A stretch of DNA of 64,000 nucleotides. Source: Nitrospirota bacterium. GTDB taxonomy: Bacteria > Nitrospirota > UBA9217. Positions 41,195 through 50,937 of this stretch are shown here, in pieces. Both the position numbers and the translations under genes were made by a program. Under the pieces are notes generated by a model that worked only from the letters and a program-made list of their open reading frames with translations, ran no database searches and had not been told where the DNA came from. The stretch lies in NCBI GenBank assembly GCA_963818475.1, contig CAWFSF010000006.1, positions 2,240,001 through 2,304,000 of the forward strand, read 5' to 3'. Each line of letters starts with the position of its first letter. Positions within the stretch are counted from its first letter, which is position 1.

Positions 41195-42667
41195 ATGACA
41201 CAACAAGCAGTCCTGCTCATCGCAAAAGGAAAGAACGAGATCGCGGTTCTGCCGCGCATGGCGAACCGGCACGGACTGATCGCCGGCGCCACGGGCACCG
41301 GCAAGACCGTAACGCTCCGCGTGATGGCCGAGCAGTTCAGCCGGATCGGCGTGCCGGTCTTCATGGCCGACGTCAAGGGCGACCTATCCGGCATTGCCCG
41401 GCCGGGCGGCGACAGACCCGAGTTCAACGCCCGGGCAAAGCAGCTGGGGGTCGCCGACTATGCCTTCGACAGCTGCCCCACGGTGTTCTGGGATGTTTTC
41501 GGCCAGCAGGGACATCCGGTCCGCACAACCGTCTCGGAAATGGGCCCCCTCCTCCTCTCGCGCGTCCTGAACCTGAACGAGGTCCAGAGCGGCGTACTGA
41601 CCATCATTTTCAAGATCGCCGACAGCAGCGGCCTGCTGCTCCTGGACCTGAAGGACCTCCGCGCCATGACTCAGTTCGTGGGAGACAACGCGGACCAGTT
41701 CAAAACCGGATACGGAAATATCTCCACCGCAAGCATCGGGGCGATCCAGCGCGGCCTGCTGACCATCGACGAGCAGGGCGGCGGCATCTTCTTCGGCGAG
41801 CCCGCCCTGAACCTCCAGGACATGATGCAGACCGACGAACGCGGCAAGGGCGTCATCAACATTCTTGCAGCGGACAGGCTCATGCAGTCGCCGAAGCTCT
41901 ATGCCACGTTCCTGCTCTGGATGCTCTCCGAGCTCTATGAGACCCTGCCCGAGGTGGGCGACCTGGAAAAACCGAAATTCGTTTTTTTCTTTGACGAGGC
42001 GCACCTGCTTTTCGAGGATACGCCCAAAGCGCTGGAGGACAAGATCGAGCAGGTGGTGCGGCTCATCCGTTCCAAGGGCGTCGGCGTCTACTTCGTCACC
42101 CAGAATCCGATCGATATTCCCGAGACCGTGCTGGGCCAGCTCGGGAACCGCGTGCAGCATGCGCTCCGTGCGTTCACGCCCCGGGACCAGAAGGTGGTCA
42201 AGGCCGCAGCCGAGACCTTTCGCGCCGACCCCGGCCTCGATGTGGCAAAGGCCATCACGGAGCTTGGCGTGGGCGAGGCGCTTGTTTCCGTGCTCGACGC
42301 CAAGGGCAGCCCCACCGTCGTGGAGCGCGCCAAGATCTTCCCTCCCCGCAGCCGACTCACCCCTTTGACGATGGACGAGCGCAGTGCCGTTATTACGACA
42401 TCGCTGCTCTATGGCCATTATGAGAAATCCGTTGACCGAGAATCCGCCTATGAAAAGCTGAAGCAGCGTGCCGGGGAGCAGAAAGCAGATGAAGAGCAGG
42501 CAGCGCCGGCCCCGAAAGGGCGCGCCGCCGCGCCGCGGTCCGAGACGGGAGATATCCTCGGCGCCATGGCCAAAAGTGCAGCCCATGCCATCGGCAGCCA
42601 GCTTGGACGCCAGATCATCCGTGGCGTGCTCGGTTCGATCCTAGGCGGAAGCACCAGAAGGCGGTAA
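41195..42667 (+). CDS. HerA-like ATPase, YjgR/DUF853 family
   Basis: [27 protein letters not shown] and [17 protein letters not shown]. Confidence 0.93.
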   Translation: MTQQAVLLIAKGKNEIAVLPRMANRHGLIAGATGTGKTVTLRVMAEQFSRIGVPVFMADVKGDLSGIARPGGDRPEFNARAKQLGVADYAFDSCPTVFWDVFGQQGHPVRTTVSEMGPLLLSRVLNLNEVQSGVLTIIFKIADSSGLLLLDLKDLRAMTQFVGDNADQFKTGYGNISTASIGAIQRGLLTIDEQGGGIFFGEPALNLQDMMQTDERGKGVINILAADRLMQSPKLYATFLLWMLSELYETLPEVGDLEKPKFVFFFDEAHLLFEDTPKALEDKIEQVVRLIRSKGVGVYFVTQNPIDIPETVLGQLGNRVQHALRAFTPRDQKVVKAAAETFRADPGLDVAKAITELGVGEALVSVLDAKGSPTVVERAKIFPPRSRLTPLTMDERSAVITTSLLYGHYEKSVDRESAYEKLKQRAGEQKADEEQAAPAPKGRAAAPRSETGDILGAMAKSAAHAIGSQLGRQIIRGVLGSILGGSTRRR

Positions 42668-42687
42668 CTGCCCAGGCCCCGACAACC

Positions 42688-42716
42688 TTGACAGAAGTTT
42701 TCCGATTCGCTATAGT
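42688..42716 (+). promoter_or_regulatory. Sigma70 promoter
   Basis: TTGACA-17 nt-TATAGT. Confidence 0.7.
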
Positions 42717-42752
42717 TTCCTCATTACTTCAACTCATTCAAGGAGGTTTTCT

Positions 42753-43004
42753 ATGAAGCGCATCATGATTGCTGTAGTAGCAATGCTTCTGGTTGCATCG
42801 GTAGCATTCGCCGGAAAGACTTATCAGTTCACCGGTACCGTTCTCGAGGTCAAGGACAACGTCATCATCGTTGACAAAGCCGGGGAAAAGTTTGAAATGT
42901 CCAAGGACGCCGGCACAAAGATCAAGGGCGACCTGAAGGTCGGCGCAAAGGTGACCGTGAAGTACGAGTCCCGCGCAGCCGAGATCGAAGTTAAGGGAAA
43001 GTAA
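42753..43004 (+). CDS. Small secreted protein, probable OB-like fold
   Basis: Signal peptide ending AFA; YQFTGTVLEV...LKVGAKVTVKY; SD AAGGAGG. Confidence 0.8.
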   Translation: MKRIMIAVVAMLLVASVAFAGKTYQFTGTVLEVKDNVIIVDKAGEKFEMSKDAGTKIKGDLKVGAKVTVKYESRAAEIEVKGK

Positions 43005-43030
43005 GCCCATCCTCAAGCAGCATGCAACAC

Positions 43031-43059
43031 AAGCTCCGGCAAATTGCCGGAGCTTTTTT
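43031..43059 (+). terminator. Intrinsic terminator
   Basis: AAGCTCCGGCAA-A-TTGCCGGAGCTT-TTTT. Confidence 0.8.
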
Positions 43060-43126
43060 AATTCTGCCTGTCCCTTTACCCCCGTGCCATTGGCCACCAT
43101 CAAGCTTCATGCTTCGCGCCCGTTGA

Positions 43127-43156
43127 TTGACATTGCGGGTGACACAAAAATATACT
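43127..43156 (+). promoter_or_regulatory. Sigma70 promoter for glgC
   Basis: TTGACA-18 nt-TATACT. Confidence 0.6.
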
Positions 43157-43213
43157 ATACTTGCAAAAATAGCGTGCAGATACCTTGGCCAGGGACGAAT
43201 GGAGGTGCGTTTT

Positions 43214-44446
43214 ATGTACTCGTACGGGAACATATCGAGAAATACCATTGCCATGGTCCTGGCAGGCGGCAAAGGGGAGCGGCTCAGTCCGATCACCTTC
43301 GGCAGGCCGAAGCCGGCGGTCCCCTTTGGCGGGAAGTACAAGATCATCGATTTCGTACTCAGCAATATGTTCAACTCCGGGATCAAAAAGGTATACATCC
43401 TGACGCAATATCAGGCCTATTCCCTCAGCAAACACATCAAGGAGTCCTGGGCAAAATGGACCGGCCTGGGCGAGTTTTACGACACGATCTCCCCGGAAAC
43501 GACCAGCGTGGGCGAACAGTGGTATAAAGGGACTGCCGACGCTATTTACCAGAACCTGGGCTTTATCGAATCTTCGGGCGCCGAATATGTGGTCATCTTC
43601 GGCGGCGACCATATCTACAAGATGGACATCGCGCAGATGATGGCCTATCACCGGATGAACAAGGCGGAACTCACCATCGCGGTGCTCGAGATCCCTCCGG
43701 AAGAAGCTTTGCGCTTCGGGGTGCTGTGCGTGGACGAAGACCTGCGGGTCACCTCCTTTATGGAAAAGCCGAAAGACCCATCACGGGTCCCGAACAGGGC
43801 AACCTGCTTCGCATCCATGGGCAACTATGTTTTCTCGGCAAAGAAGCTCGTTGATGTCCTTAAAAAGGGCAAACGAAAGTTCGAAGACCTCGATTTCGGA
43901 AAGCATGTCATTCCCATGATGCTCGAAGCAAATGACAAGGTCTTCGCCTACAGCTTCTTTGACAATTACGTGCCGGGCATGGAACCGAACGAACGGGGAT
44001 ACTGGAAGGATGTGGGCACGCTCGACACCTATTACGAGGCGAACATGGACCTGGTCATGGTCAGCCCCCAGCTGAATCTCTACAACTACGAATGGCCGAT
44101 CCTGACCAATCAGGGGAACCTGCCGCCCGCAAAGACCGTGTTCGACAACGACGGCCGGCGGGGAATGAATATCGACTCCCTCGTCTGCGGAGGCTGCATC
44201 ACGAGCGGCGCCACGGTCCGGAGGTCGATCCTTGGCCCGTCCTGCAAGATCCACAGCTACGCCGAGATCGATGATTCCATCCTTTTCGACAATGTGGATG
44301 TTGGCAGAAACGCGAAGATCCGGAAAGCCATCATCGATGAGGGCGTTCATATTCCGGAGGGAATGGAGATCGGCTATGACCATGAGGAGGACCGCATGAG
44401 GGGGTGCATCGTGACCGAATCGGGGATCGTCGTGGTCACCCGGTAG
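43214..44446 (+). CDS. glgC: Glucose-1-phosphate adenylyltransferase
   Basis: VLAGGKGERL...KPAVPFGGKY, WYKGTADA, GDHIYKMD, ASMGNY and YWKDVGT. Confidence 0.95.
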   Translation: MYSYGNISRNTIAMVLAGGKGERLSPITFGRPKPAVPFGGKYKIIDFVLSNMFNSGIKKVYILTQYQAYSLSKHIKESWAKWTGLGEFYDTISPETTSVGEQWYKGTADAIYQNLGFIESSGAEYVVIFGGDHIYKMDIAQMMAYHRMNKAELTIAVLEIPPEEALRFGVLCVDEDLRVTSFMEKPKDPSRVPNRATCFASMGNYVFSAKKLVDVLKKGKRKFEDLDFGKHVIPMMLEANDKVFAYSFFDNYVPGMEPNERGYWKDVGTLDTYYEANMDLVMVSPQLNLYNYEWPILTNQGNLPPAKTVFDNDGRRGMNIDSLVCGGCITSGATVRRSILGPSCKIHSYAEIDDSILFDNVDVGRNAKIRKAIIDEGVHIPEGMEIGYDHEEDRMRGCIVTESGIVVVTR

Positions 44447-44607
44447 GGAGGGAGACTGCGGATCAGGTGTTCAGGAAGCTTTACCAGTTATTTGAAAAAC
44501 CCTGTTAGTCGTCTTTGCTGCAACCCCGGTCATAGTAGGGGCAGCGTGGCCTCGGTGAGCACCACGTCGGCCGGGCCGGCGTTCTGGACTGATGGTTCGT
44601 CCATGAT

Positions 44608-44946
44608 CTACTTCACCTCCTCGATCCACACGATATTTTCGTACATTGAGAAGATCGGCAGCCTCCATCCGTACTTCTTTATTTTGACGATCCTTCCCTT
44701 CAGCCTGACAGCGTCGTTCTGAACCGTACCCGAATTGAACTTGAACCGGTATTTGGCGTCAAAGTTGACAAATGGCCGGTCCTCGGTGGCGATCATGAAC
44801 CGCCCGTCCACTTTCGTCATCTGTGCATCGGTTATCTTCGTCGTGATCGTGTCCGCGACAAAATAGCTGTAGAGTATGGTCAGGACGCAAACCGCCATGC
44901 CGATAAGGATCGCCTTGAACTTAAATTGTTTCAATATCTCTGCCAT
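44608..44946 (-). CDS. Membrane-anchored DUF1523-like protein
   Basis: Single TM helix; KFNS...Q and YGWRLPIFSMYENI motifs. Confidence 0.65.
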   Translation of the reverse strand: MAEILKQFKFKAILIGMAVCVLTILYSYFVADTITTKITDAQMTKVDGRFMIATEDRPFVNFDAKYRFKFNSGTVQNDAVRLKGRIVKIKKYGWRLPIFSMYENIVWIEEVK

Positions 44947-45128
44947 GCATGCCTCCCCGCCCCTGAAATAGCCTGCCGTTTGACCGACTCTGTGCAGAAG
45001 TCTATCTAAAACCGGAGAGGGAGTCAAGGTTTCGTCCTTTGATTTCGGAAGATTAATGTTTGCCGAAATTATCAGTTTATGGTAAATATGACAATAGCTC
45101 TGCGCAACATCAATAACAAGGAGGAGTT

Positions 45129-45329
45129 ATGAACAAACAGATCGGCCTTATCCTGCTGGTAGCCGGCGTAGCCCTGTTGATCTGGGGCATAAGCATGACC
45201 GGCTCGTTCGAGTCCAAAATATCGCGTGCGTTTACGGGATCGCCAACAAACAAGACCATGGCGGTCCTTATCGCCGGAGGGGTTTGCACGGCCCTTGGAG
45301 CCTACCAGCTTTCGAGAAAAGGCCGGTAA
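45129..45329 (+). CDS. DUF3185-like small membrane protein
   Basis: GLILLVAGVALLIWG...S-x-x-S-x-x-S-x-x-FTGSPTNK; SD AAGGAGG. Confidence 0.8.
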   Translation: MNKQIGLILLVAGVALLIWGISMTGSFESKISRAFTGSPTNKTMAVLIAGGVCTALGAYQLSRKGR

Positions 45330-45364
45330 TCTCCGCGCCGCAGATCGTCAGCGGCAGGTGACAT

Positions 45365-45401
45365 AAAAAAGCCTGCCAGGGTATTCACTGGCAGGCTTTT
45401 T
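45365..45401. terminator. Bidirectional intrinsic terminator
   Basis: AAAAAAGCCTGCCAG-GGTATTCA-CTGGCAGGCTTTTT between convergent genes. Confidence 0.85.
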
Positions 45402-45499
45402 ATGCTTACTTCGAGGTTTGCATCCTCAACGATCTCCACCCTGTCCCCTTTTTCGGAGGGATAGGAGAAACGCTCAGCCTGCAAGCCTTCTGCGTTCCC

Positions 45500-46657
45500 T
45501 CACGCTACCTTGACCCTGTTGCGCCCGTCGTGCTTGGCAGCATAGAGCCTCGTGTCCACGAGCTTGATAAGTTGGGAAGGGTCCATGTTTTGTCCCGGAA
45601 CAAGCGATGCCACCCCGATACTGACGGTCACCACGCTCGCGGTCGCCGAAAAAGCGTGCGGCACGCCCAGAACCTCGACCTCGATCCTCAGCCTTTCGGC
45701 AATATCCGTCGCGCCCCGGATATCAGTGTCCGGAAGCACGACCATGAACTCCTCGCCTCCGTACCGGGCGGCAAGATCGGCCGGCCGCTTCACTGACCCG
45801 GCGATGACCGCCGCAACCTTCTTAAGGCATTCGTCACCGCCCTGGTGCCCGTAATTATCGTTGTAGAGCTTGAAATGGTCGATATCCAGCATGATGAGGG
45901 AGATCGGCCGCTGGTCCCGCATGGCGCGGCGCCATTCCTGGTCCATGCACTCGTCGAAGCTCTGGCGGTTCGCGAGCCCGGTCAGGCCGTCTATTGTCGA
46001 AGCTCGGCGCAGAATATCGTTCCCTTTCCTCACCTCTTCGAGGAGCGCAAGGTTCTCGAATTTCAGCGAGATGGAAGAAGTTATGGCATTGTGGTGTTTA
46101 AAGGAATGATTAAGAATGGTGAACAGGTAGGTCACGACAAGAACGCTTATGGTATATTCGAACTCCCCCCCGTCAAGGAAACAGCGGATCGCATAGAGCA
46201 GCATGGCCGGTACGGCCCACATGGCTGGTCCGTATTTCAGGGAAGAATGGGATATGGTGGTAGAAGCAGACATGCTTGCCACGACAAGGACAAAAAGGGA
46301 TATGAGACCGTGATCGCCTGACGGGAAAATAATGAATGCAGAGAGGCCCCAGGTCATGCCCGAAAGAAGAGCCAGGAGCAGATAAGCGTTCTTCCAGTAC
46401 GCTCCTTCAAAAGGCTGGTCGCGGACGCCGAGGAACCGGTAGTACATTACGATCCTGCCGGCAACAATAGCCAGGATCATCAGTATCCATGTAAGGATGT
46501 TTGCGTGAGGAACGAGACGGCGCACAACATAGCACAGGACCAGCGCGACAATGAACGCGGTGACTTGCATCGTTGGAAGCTGACTGAAGGCCAGGCGGAC
46601 CTGTTCCCTCAGAATGTCGTCATTGAAGTCTCTGCTTATATTTATCTCGTTAGGCAT
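45500..46657 (-). CDS. Membrane-bound diguanylate cyclase
   Basis: Several TM helices, DGLTGLANR, RPAD I-site and RYGGEEF. Confidence 0.92.
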   Translation of the reverse strand: MPNEINISRDFNDDILREQVRLAFSQLPTMQVTAFIVALVLCYVVRRLVPHANILTWILMILAIVAGRIVMYYRFLGVRDQPFEGAYWKNAYLLLALLSGMTWGLSAFIIFPSGDHGLISLFVLVVASMSASTTISHSSLKYGPAMWAVPAMLLYAIRCFLDGGEFEYTISVLVVTYLFTILNHSFKHHNAITSSISLKFENLALLEEVRKGNDILRRASTIDGLTGLANRQSFDECMDQEWRRAMRDQRPISLIMLDIDHFKLYNDNYGHQGGDECLKKVAAVIAGSVKRPADLAARYGGEEFMVVLPDTDIRGATDIAERLRIEVEVLGVPHAFSATASVVTVSIGVASLVPGQNMDPSQLIKLVDTRLYAAKHDGRNRVKVA

Positions 46658-46762
46658 GGTTCAGCTTTGCATTACCTTCTTGCCAAAAGATCATGATCCA
46701 ACACGAAACACAACGGAGAAAGTCTATCTGAAAGGGGAAGAGGTGTCAATGAGAAGCATAAT

Positions 46763-46798
46763 AAAAAACCCTTCATCATGGTTCCGATGAAGGGTTTT
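46763..46798 (-). terminator. Intrinsic terminator after the glutamate synthase operon
   Basis: AAAAAACCCTTCATC-ATGGTTCC-GATGAAGGGTTTT. Confidence 0.8.
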
Positions 46799-46855
46799 AC
46801 ATTTCATGTCCGGAGAGATTCTGTCTTACCTTTCCCCGGGGGTCGGGGATACTGC

Positions 46856-49183
46856 CTAGACGTTCTCCTTCATCTCCCACACACCGCAGGGGCAGATGCC
46901 GGCGCAGAAACCGCAGCCGATGCACTTCGACTCATCCACCACATACTCGAAGGACTTATTCGGCAATTTCTTCCTGGTAATTGCGCCGTAGTAGCATGAC
47001 TGCTCGCACATGCCGCAATCGCGGCAGGAGCCGCAGGACATGCAGCGATCGGCCTCTTTTTTGGCATTGAACTTGATCGTGTCGAACCGGCAAACCTCAT
47101 AGTACTGGGTCTTGATCCGCTCGTAGGGGATCGCGCGCCGCTCTTCGGGCACGTAGTCGGTGTTCATAAGCTGGGCGTTGATGACGTCCGCGGCAACCTT
47201 GCCCTGGCCGATGGCGTGGGTCACCAGACCCGGCTTGGTCGCATCGCCGATGGCGAAGACCTTCACGTCCGAGGTTTGTCCCAGGTCGTTCACCGTTATG
47301 TACCCGCGTTCGGTATTGATCGATTGCGGCAGGAAGTCGAGCACCGGCTTTTCGCCGATGGAGATGATCACCATATCAGCGTCCAGAGATGTGCCGTCCT
47401 TGAAGTAGATTTTCTTTTCCTTTGCGACATACTTCTCGGTCACCTTCGGGAACAGAATCTCTGTGCCCTTGGCTTTCGCCATCTCCTGCTCTTTGCCGAA
47501 AGAAGCGGGCTTCTGCACATCAACAGCGGTCACGGACGCTGCGCCGTGCTCATAGGCCTGGCACGCGATGTCCATACCCACGTTGCCCGCGCCGATCACG
47601 ACCACCTTCTTGCCTTTGAGGTTCCTCGGCTTGCCGAAATTCACCTCTTTAAGGTAATCGATGCCCGCGACCACGTCCTCGTGCCCAGGGAACGGGATCA
47701 CGCGGCCTTCATGGGCGCCGACCGCAATGACCACCAGATCGTGGTCCAGGTATATTCTCTCGAACTTCTTTTTATCCACCGGAGACTTCACGTGAACGTT
47801 CACGCCGATCTCGGCAAAGCGTGAAAGTTCCTTATCAAGGATCTTCTTCGGCAGGCGCTCGCGCGGTATGCACATTTCGAGCTTGCCGCCGATCTTGCCC
47901 GAAGCTTCGTAGAGGTCAACGCTGTGGCCTTTAAGCCCCAACTGCCACGCTGCCGAGAGTCCGCCGGGACCGCCGCCGATAATTGCGACGCTCTGGCCGG
48001 TCGACTTTGCTTTCTTCGGCGCTTTCAAGTTCAGCGCTGCTGCACCGTATTCTTTGATGTTCAGGGGCTCGTCAACGCGGCCGCGAGTGCAGTCGGTCAT
48101 GCACAGGTTCGGGCAAACCGTGCCGCAGACCGTTGCCGGCAGCGGGCTGTACTGGAGCACGAGCGCAAGCGCCTCGGCCGTTCTCCCCTGTCTGATAAGC
48201 GATGCCCGCTTATGCGACGGGATCCGGGAAGGACAGGCGTAAGCGCAGGGAGGAAGATACTGGTCGTTCTTCCAGACCGGCATCCAGCGGCGCTCTTCCC
48301 CGGTCGTGATATAGGGAAGCACCGAACGGTCATGGGTGAGGTAAGCGCCGAACATGCCGCCCTTGCCCACTTCCTTTTCCCACAGGTTCAGGCGGAACTC
48401 CGTGAGTCCCATCTTGAGCTTGCCCTTTGCCTTGGTTTTCTCAGCCGGGGTAAAAGCGATGAGCTTCTTCCAGGCAGAGATGTCCTTCGTGAGCTCCTCA
48501 TAATGGGACATGCGGTCAATGGCCGTGAGATAAGGCTTCATGTTCGTGGTAAGCCACTCCCAGTCCTGCGGGGTGAGGTCCACTAGCTTCACATCTGCCT
48601 TGCTGTATTCCTTGATAGGGCCGCGGAAATAGATCGTGCCGCCGACCATGCCAACGCAGGGGCGATAGCCCAGGATATTTTCGGGATCGCGGGGCTCAAC
48701 GCCGCAGACCACGGCAATGCCGCCTGCCTTGAACTCGGCAAAGGAATCGCCCACGCTCCTGAAGTACCAGGACTCGAGGTCCGGGAACCGGGGATTCTTC
48801 TTAGTCATTGTCTCGCAGCGTGCGCCGCCGCCGCCCTGGACATAGAGCTTGCCCTGTGCGCCTGCGTTGTGCGCGCCGTTCGCCACGTCGCCGAGCACGG
48901 TGATCGTCGTGCCGCAATTGAGCCAGCCCGTGTCGTCGGAAGTCGAGCCCTTGACCAAGATCACGGTGTTGTCCATGCCCATGCTGCCCACGCGCTGGCC
49001 GGACGTACCTTCGATGGTGATCTTCACCTTGCCGAATTGCGGCCAGATGCGGCCGCCGATGCCGTGCTGACCGTCGGCAACAACCGTCAGCTCCTTGGCG
49101 CCGTCCTTGATGGCTTTCTGTATCTGCTCTTCGAGCGTTTTCGAAGAGACGCGTTTTCCGTCGATATTGCCCTTGATTATCAT
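46856..49183 (-). CDS. Glutamate synthase subunit: GXGXG beta-helix fused to a GltD-like FAD/NAD(P)H oxidoreductase and a 4Fe-4S dicluster
   Basis: GQRVGSMG...GMVGG, PPCAYACP, CGTVCPNLC, GGGPGGL, GAGNVG and CIGCGFCAGICP. Confidence 0.88.
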   Translation of the reverse strand: MIIKGNIDGKRVSSKTLEEQIQKAIKDGAKELTVVADGQHGIGGRIWPQFGKVKITIEGTSGQRVGSMGMDNTVILVKGSTSDDTGWLNCGTTITVLGDVANGAHNAGAQGKLYVQGGGGARCETMTKKNPRFPDLESWYFRSVGDSFAEFKAGGIAVVCGVEPRDPENILGYRPCVGMVGGTIYFRGPIKEYSKADVKLVDLTPQDWEWLTTNMKPYLTAIDRMSHYEELTKDISAWKKLIAFTPAEKTKAKGKLKMGLTEFRLNLWEKEVGKGGMFGAYLTHDRSVLPYITTGEERRWMPVWKNDQYLPPCAYACPSRIPSHKRASLIRQGRTAEALALVLQYSPLPATVCGTVCPNLCMTDCTRGRVDEPLNIKEYGAAALNLKAPKKAKSTGQSVAIIGGGPGGLSAAWQLGLKGHSVDLYEASGKIGGKLEMCIPRERLPKKILDKELSRFAEIGVNVHVKSPVDKKKFERIYLDHDLVVIAVGAHEGRVIPFPGHEDVVAGIDYLKEVNFGKPRNLKGKKVVVIGAGNVGMDIACQAYEHGAASVTAVDVQKPASFGKEQEMAKAKGTEILFPKVTEKYVAKEKKIYFKDGTSLDADMVIISIGEKPVLDFLPQSINTERGYITVNDLGQTSDVKVFAIGDATKPGLVTHAIGQGKVAADVINAQLMNTDYVPEERRAIPYERIKTQYYEVCRFDTIKFNAKKEADRCMSCGSCRDCGMCEQSCYYGAITRKKLPNKSFEYVVDESKCIGCGFCAGICPCGVWEMKENV

Positions 49184-49205
49184 TTTATCCTCAAAGCGAT
49201 TTAAT

Positions 49206-49282
49206 TAACCACGGAGTCACGGAGAAGTTACACTTCAGCGGTTTATTTTTAAATCCGCAATCCGAAATCCGCATTCCGCAAT
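49206..49282. repeat. Composite periodic spacer (8-nt CACGGAG x2 plus heptamer tract)
   Basis: AACCACGGAGTCACGGAG, then AAATCCG CAATCCG AAATCCG CATTCCG CAAT abutting the upstream stop codon. Confidence 0.7.
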
Positions 49283-50937
49283 CAACATACGTAGCTGATC
49301 GAAAGCCGATCCGCGATGTCCTTGTCCGCCACACCCAGTGCGTCGGACATGCCGATGGGAAGCTCGGTGCTCCGCCCCAGCGGCGCAAAGATCTTCTTGA
49401 GCTCCACGTCGGCCGCCTTGAACACCTCGACGACCCGTTCAGCCACTTTGTCGGGGTCAAGCCTGCGGTACAGCTTGGGATCCTGCGTCGTAATGCCCCG
49501 CGGGCACTTGCCGAGGTTGCAGACATTGCAGCGGTTGTACTCGTCGCCGAAGCAGCCCGCAGCGGTCTGCATGATGTACTTGCCGATGTCCACGGCCGAA
49601 GCGCCGAGCATGATGAGCGCTGCCGCGTTCGCCGCGAGGTTGCCGCCCTTGCCCACGCCGCCCGCGGCGATCAAGGGAAGCTCGTTCTGTTTGCCCTGCT
49701 TCACGAGGTCGAGGTAGCAATCGCGGATGTTCGATGCGATGGGATGGCCCATCTTGTCCATGGACACGTTATATGCCGCCCCGGTGCCGCCATCCTCGCC
49801 GTCGATGCAAAGCGCCGCGGCATAAGGGTTTCGGGCAAGGTTGTTCAGCACGGCACGGGCCGTCTTGGTGCCCGAGATCTTGGGATAGACCGGCACGCGG
49901 AAACCCCAGGCCATGGACATGGACTGGATCATCTTCGCAACAGCCTCTTCAATGGAATATTTCGTCTGGTGCGTGGGCGGCGAGGCCAGATCGATGAACT
50001 GCGGCACGCCGCGGATCTTCGAGATAAGGCCGAGCACCTTGTAGGCCTGGAGCAGGCCGCCGTCGCCCGGTTTCGCGCCCTGTCCGTACTTGATCTCGAT
50101 GGCGCAGGGGTCTTCGATCATGTCAGGAAGACAACGGATGATCTCGTCCCAACCGAAATATCCTGACGCGATCTGGATAATGAAATATTTCAAGTAGCGC
50201 GACTTGAGGATGCTCGGCGGCAGACCGCCCTCTCCCGAGCACATGACCACGGGAAGGCCTTCGACCTCGTTCAGATAGGTGATGCCCATGGCGAGGCCTT
50301 CCCACATATGCGGAGAGAGCGCGCCGATGGACATGCTGCCGATCCTGATGGGGTAGATCTCGCGCACCGGAGGGACAAAGGATCCCTCGATCATGCCGAG
50401 CTTGTTGCCCTGGACCCTGATGGGAAGCTGCTCCGCCGGAAGGTTCCGGCCCAGAAGCGTCCTGATGCGGAATTCATGGCGTCCTGCGTCGAGCGCCGGG
50501 TCGGTGAGCATCGAGATACGCGTGAACTTGAGCTTGTCGAGCGTCGATACCGACGGATCGTTCCTGCGGCCGCCGCGCATATAGGGGATGCCGCCCTTGT
50601 TCTTGAAGTGGTAGAACTTGTGCTGAAAATTGTACTCAGGAAAGATCGCTTCTGTGGGGCAGACCAGCGCGCAGGTGCCGCAGCCGATACAGTAGCGTTC
50701 GATCTCCATGGACTGCTTCACCACGTGGGTCAGCCTGCGGGTCACCTTCGGCTCGGGACTGGAGCCCTCGGACGTGACGGTCCGCTGGGTGTTGACCGCG
50801 GGTTCGATGGCCTTCACCGGGCAGACGGCGGTGCAGCGTCCGCAGCGCGTGCAGCGGTCCTCGCGCCATTTGATGATATAGGGAAACTCTTTGATCGAGA
50901 GTTGATGGTTCTGGTCTAACCGTGCAGCTGATTCCAT
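49282..50937 (-). CDS. Glutamate synthase FMN-binding subunit with N-terminal ferredoxin domain
   Basis: Two CxxCxxCxxxCP motifs, MSIGALS, SGEGG, IQIASGYFG, EIKYGQGAKPG and CPRGITTQ. Confidence 0.92.
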   Translation of the reverse strand: MESAARLDQNHQLSIKEFPYIIKWREDRCTRCGRCTAVCPVKAIEPAVNTQRTVTSEGSSPEPKVTRRLTHVVKQSMEIERYCIGCGTCALVCPTEAIFPEYNFQHKFYHFKNKGGIPYMRGGRRNDPSVSTLDKLKFTRISMLTDPALDAGRHEFRIRTLLGRNLPAEQLPIRVQGNKLGMIEGSFVPPVREIYPIRIGSMSIGALSPHMWEGLAMGITYLNEVEGLPVVMCSGEGGLPPSILKSRYLKYFIIQIASGYFGWDEIIRCLPDMIEDPCAIEIKYGQGAKPGDGGLLQAYKVLGLISKIRGVPQFIDLASPPTHQTKYSIEEAVAKMIQSMSMAWGFRVPVYPKISGTKTARAVLNNLARNPYAAALCIDGEDGGTGAAYNVSMDKMGHPIASNIRDCYLDLVKQGKQNELPLIAAGGVGKGGNLAANAAALIMLGASAVDIGKYIMQTAAGCFGDEYNRCNVCNLGKCPRGITTQDPKLYRRLDPDKVAERVVEVFKAADVELKKIFAPLGRSTELPIGMSDALGVADKDIADRLSISYVC

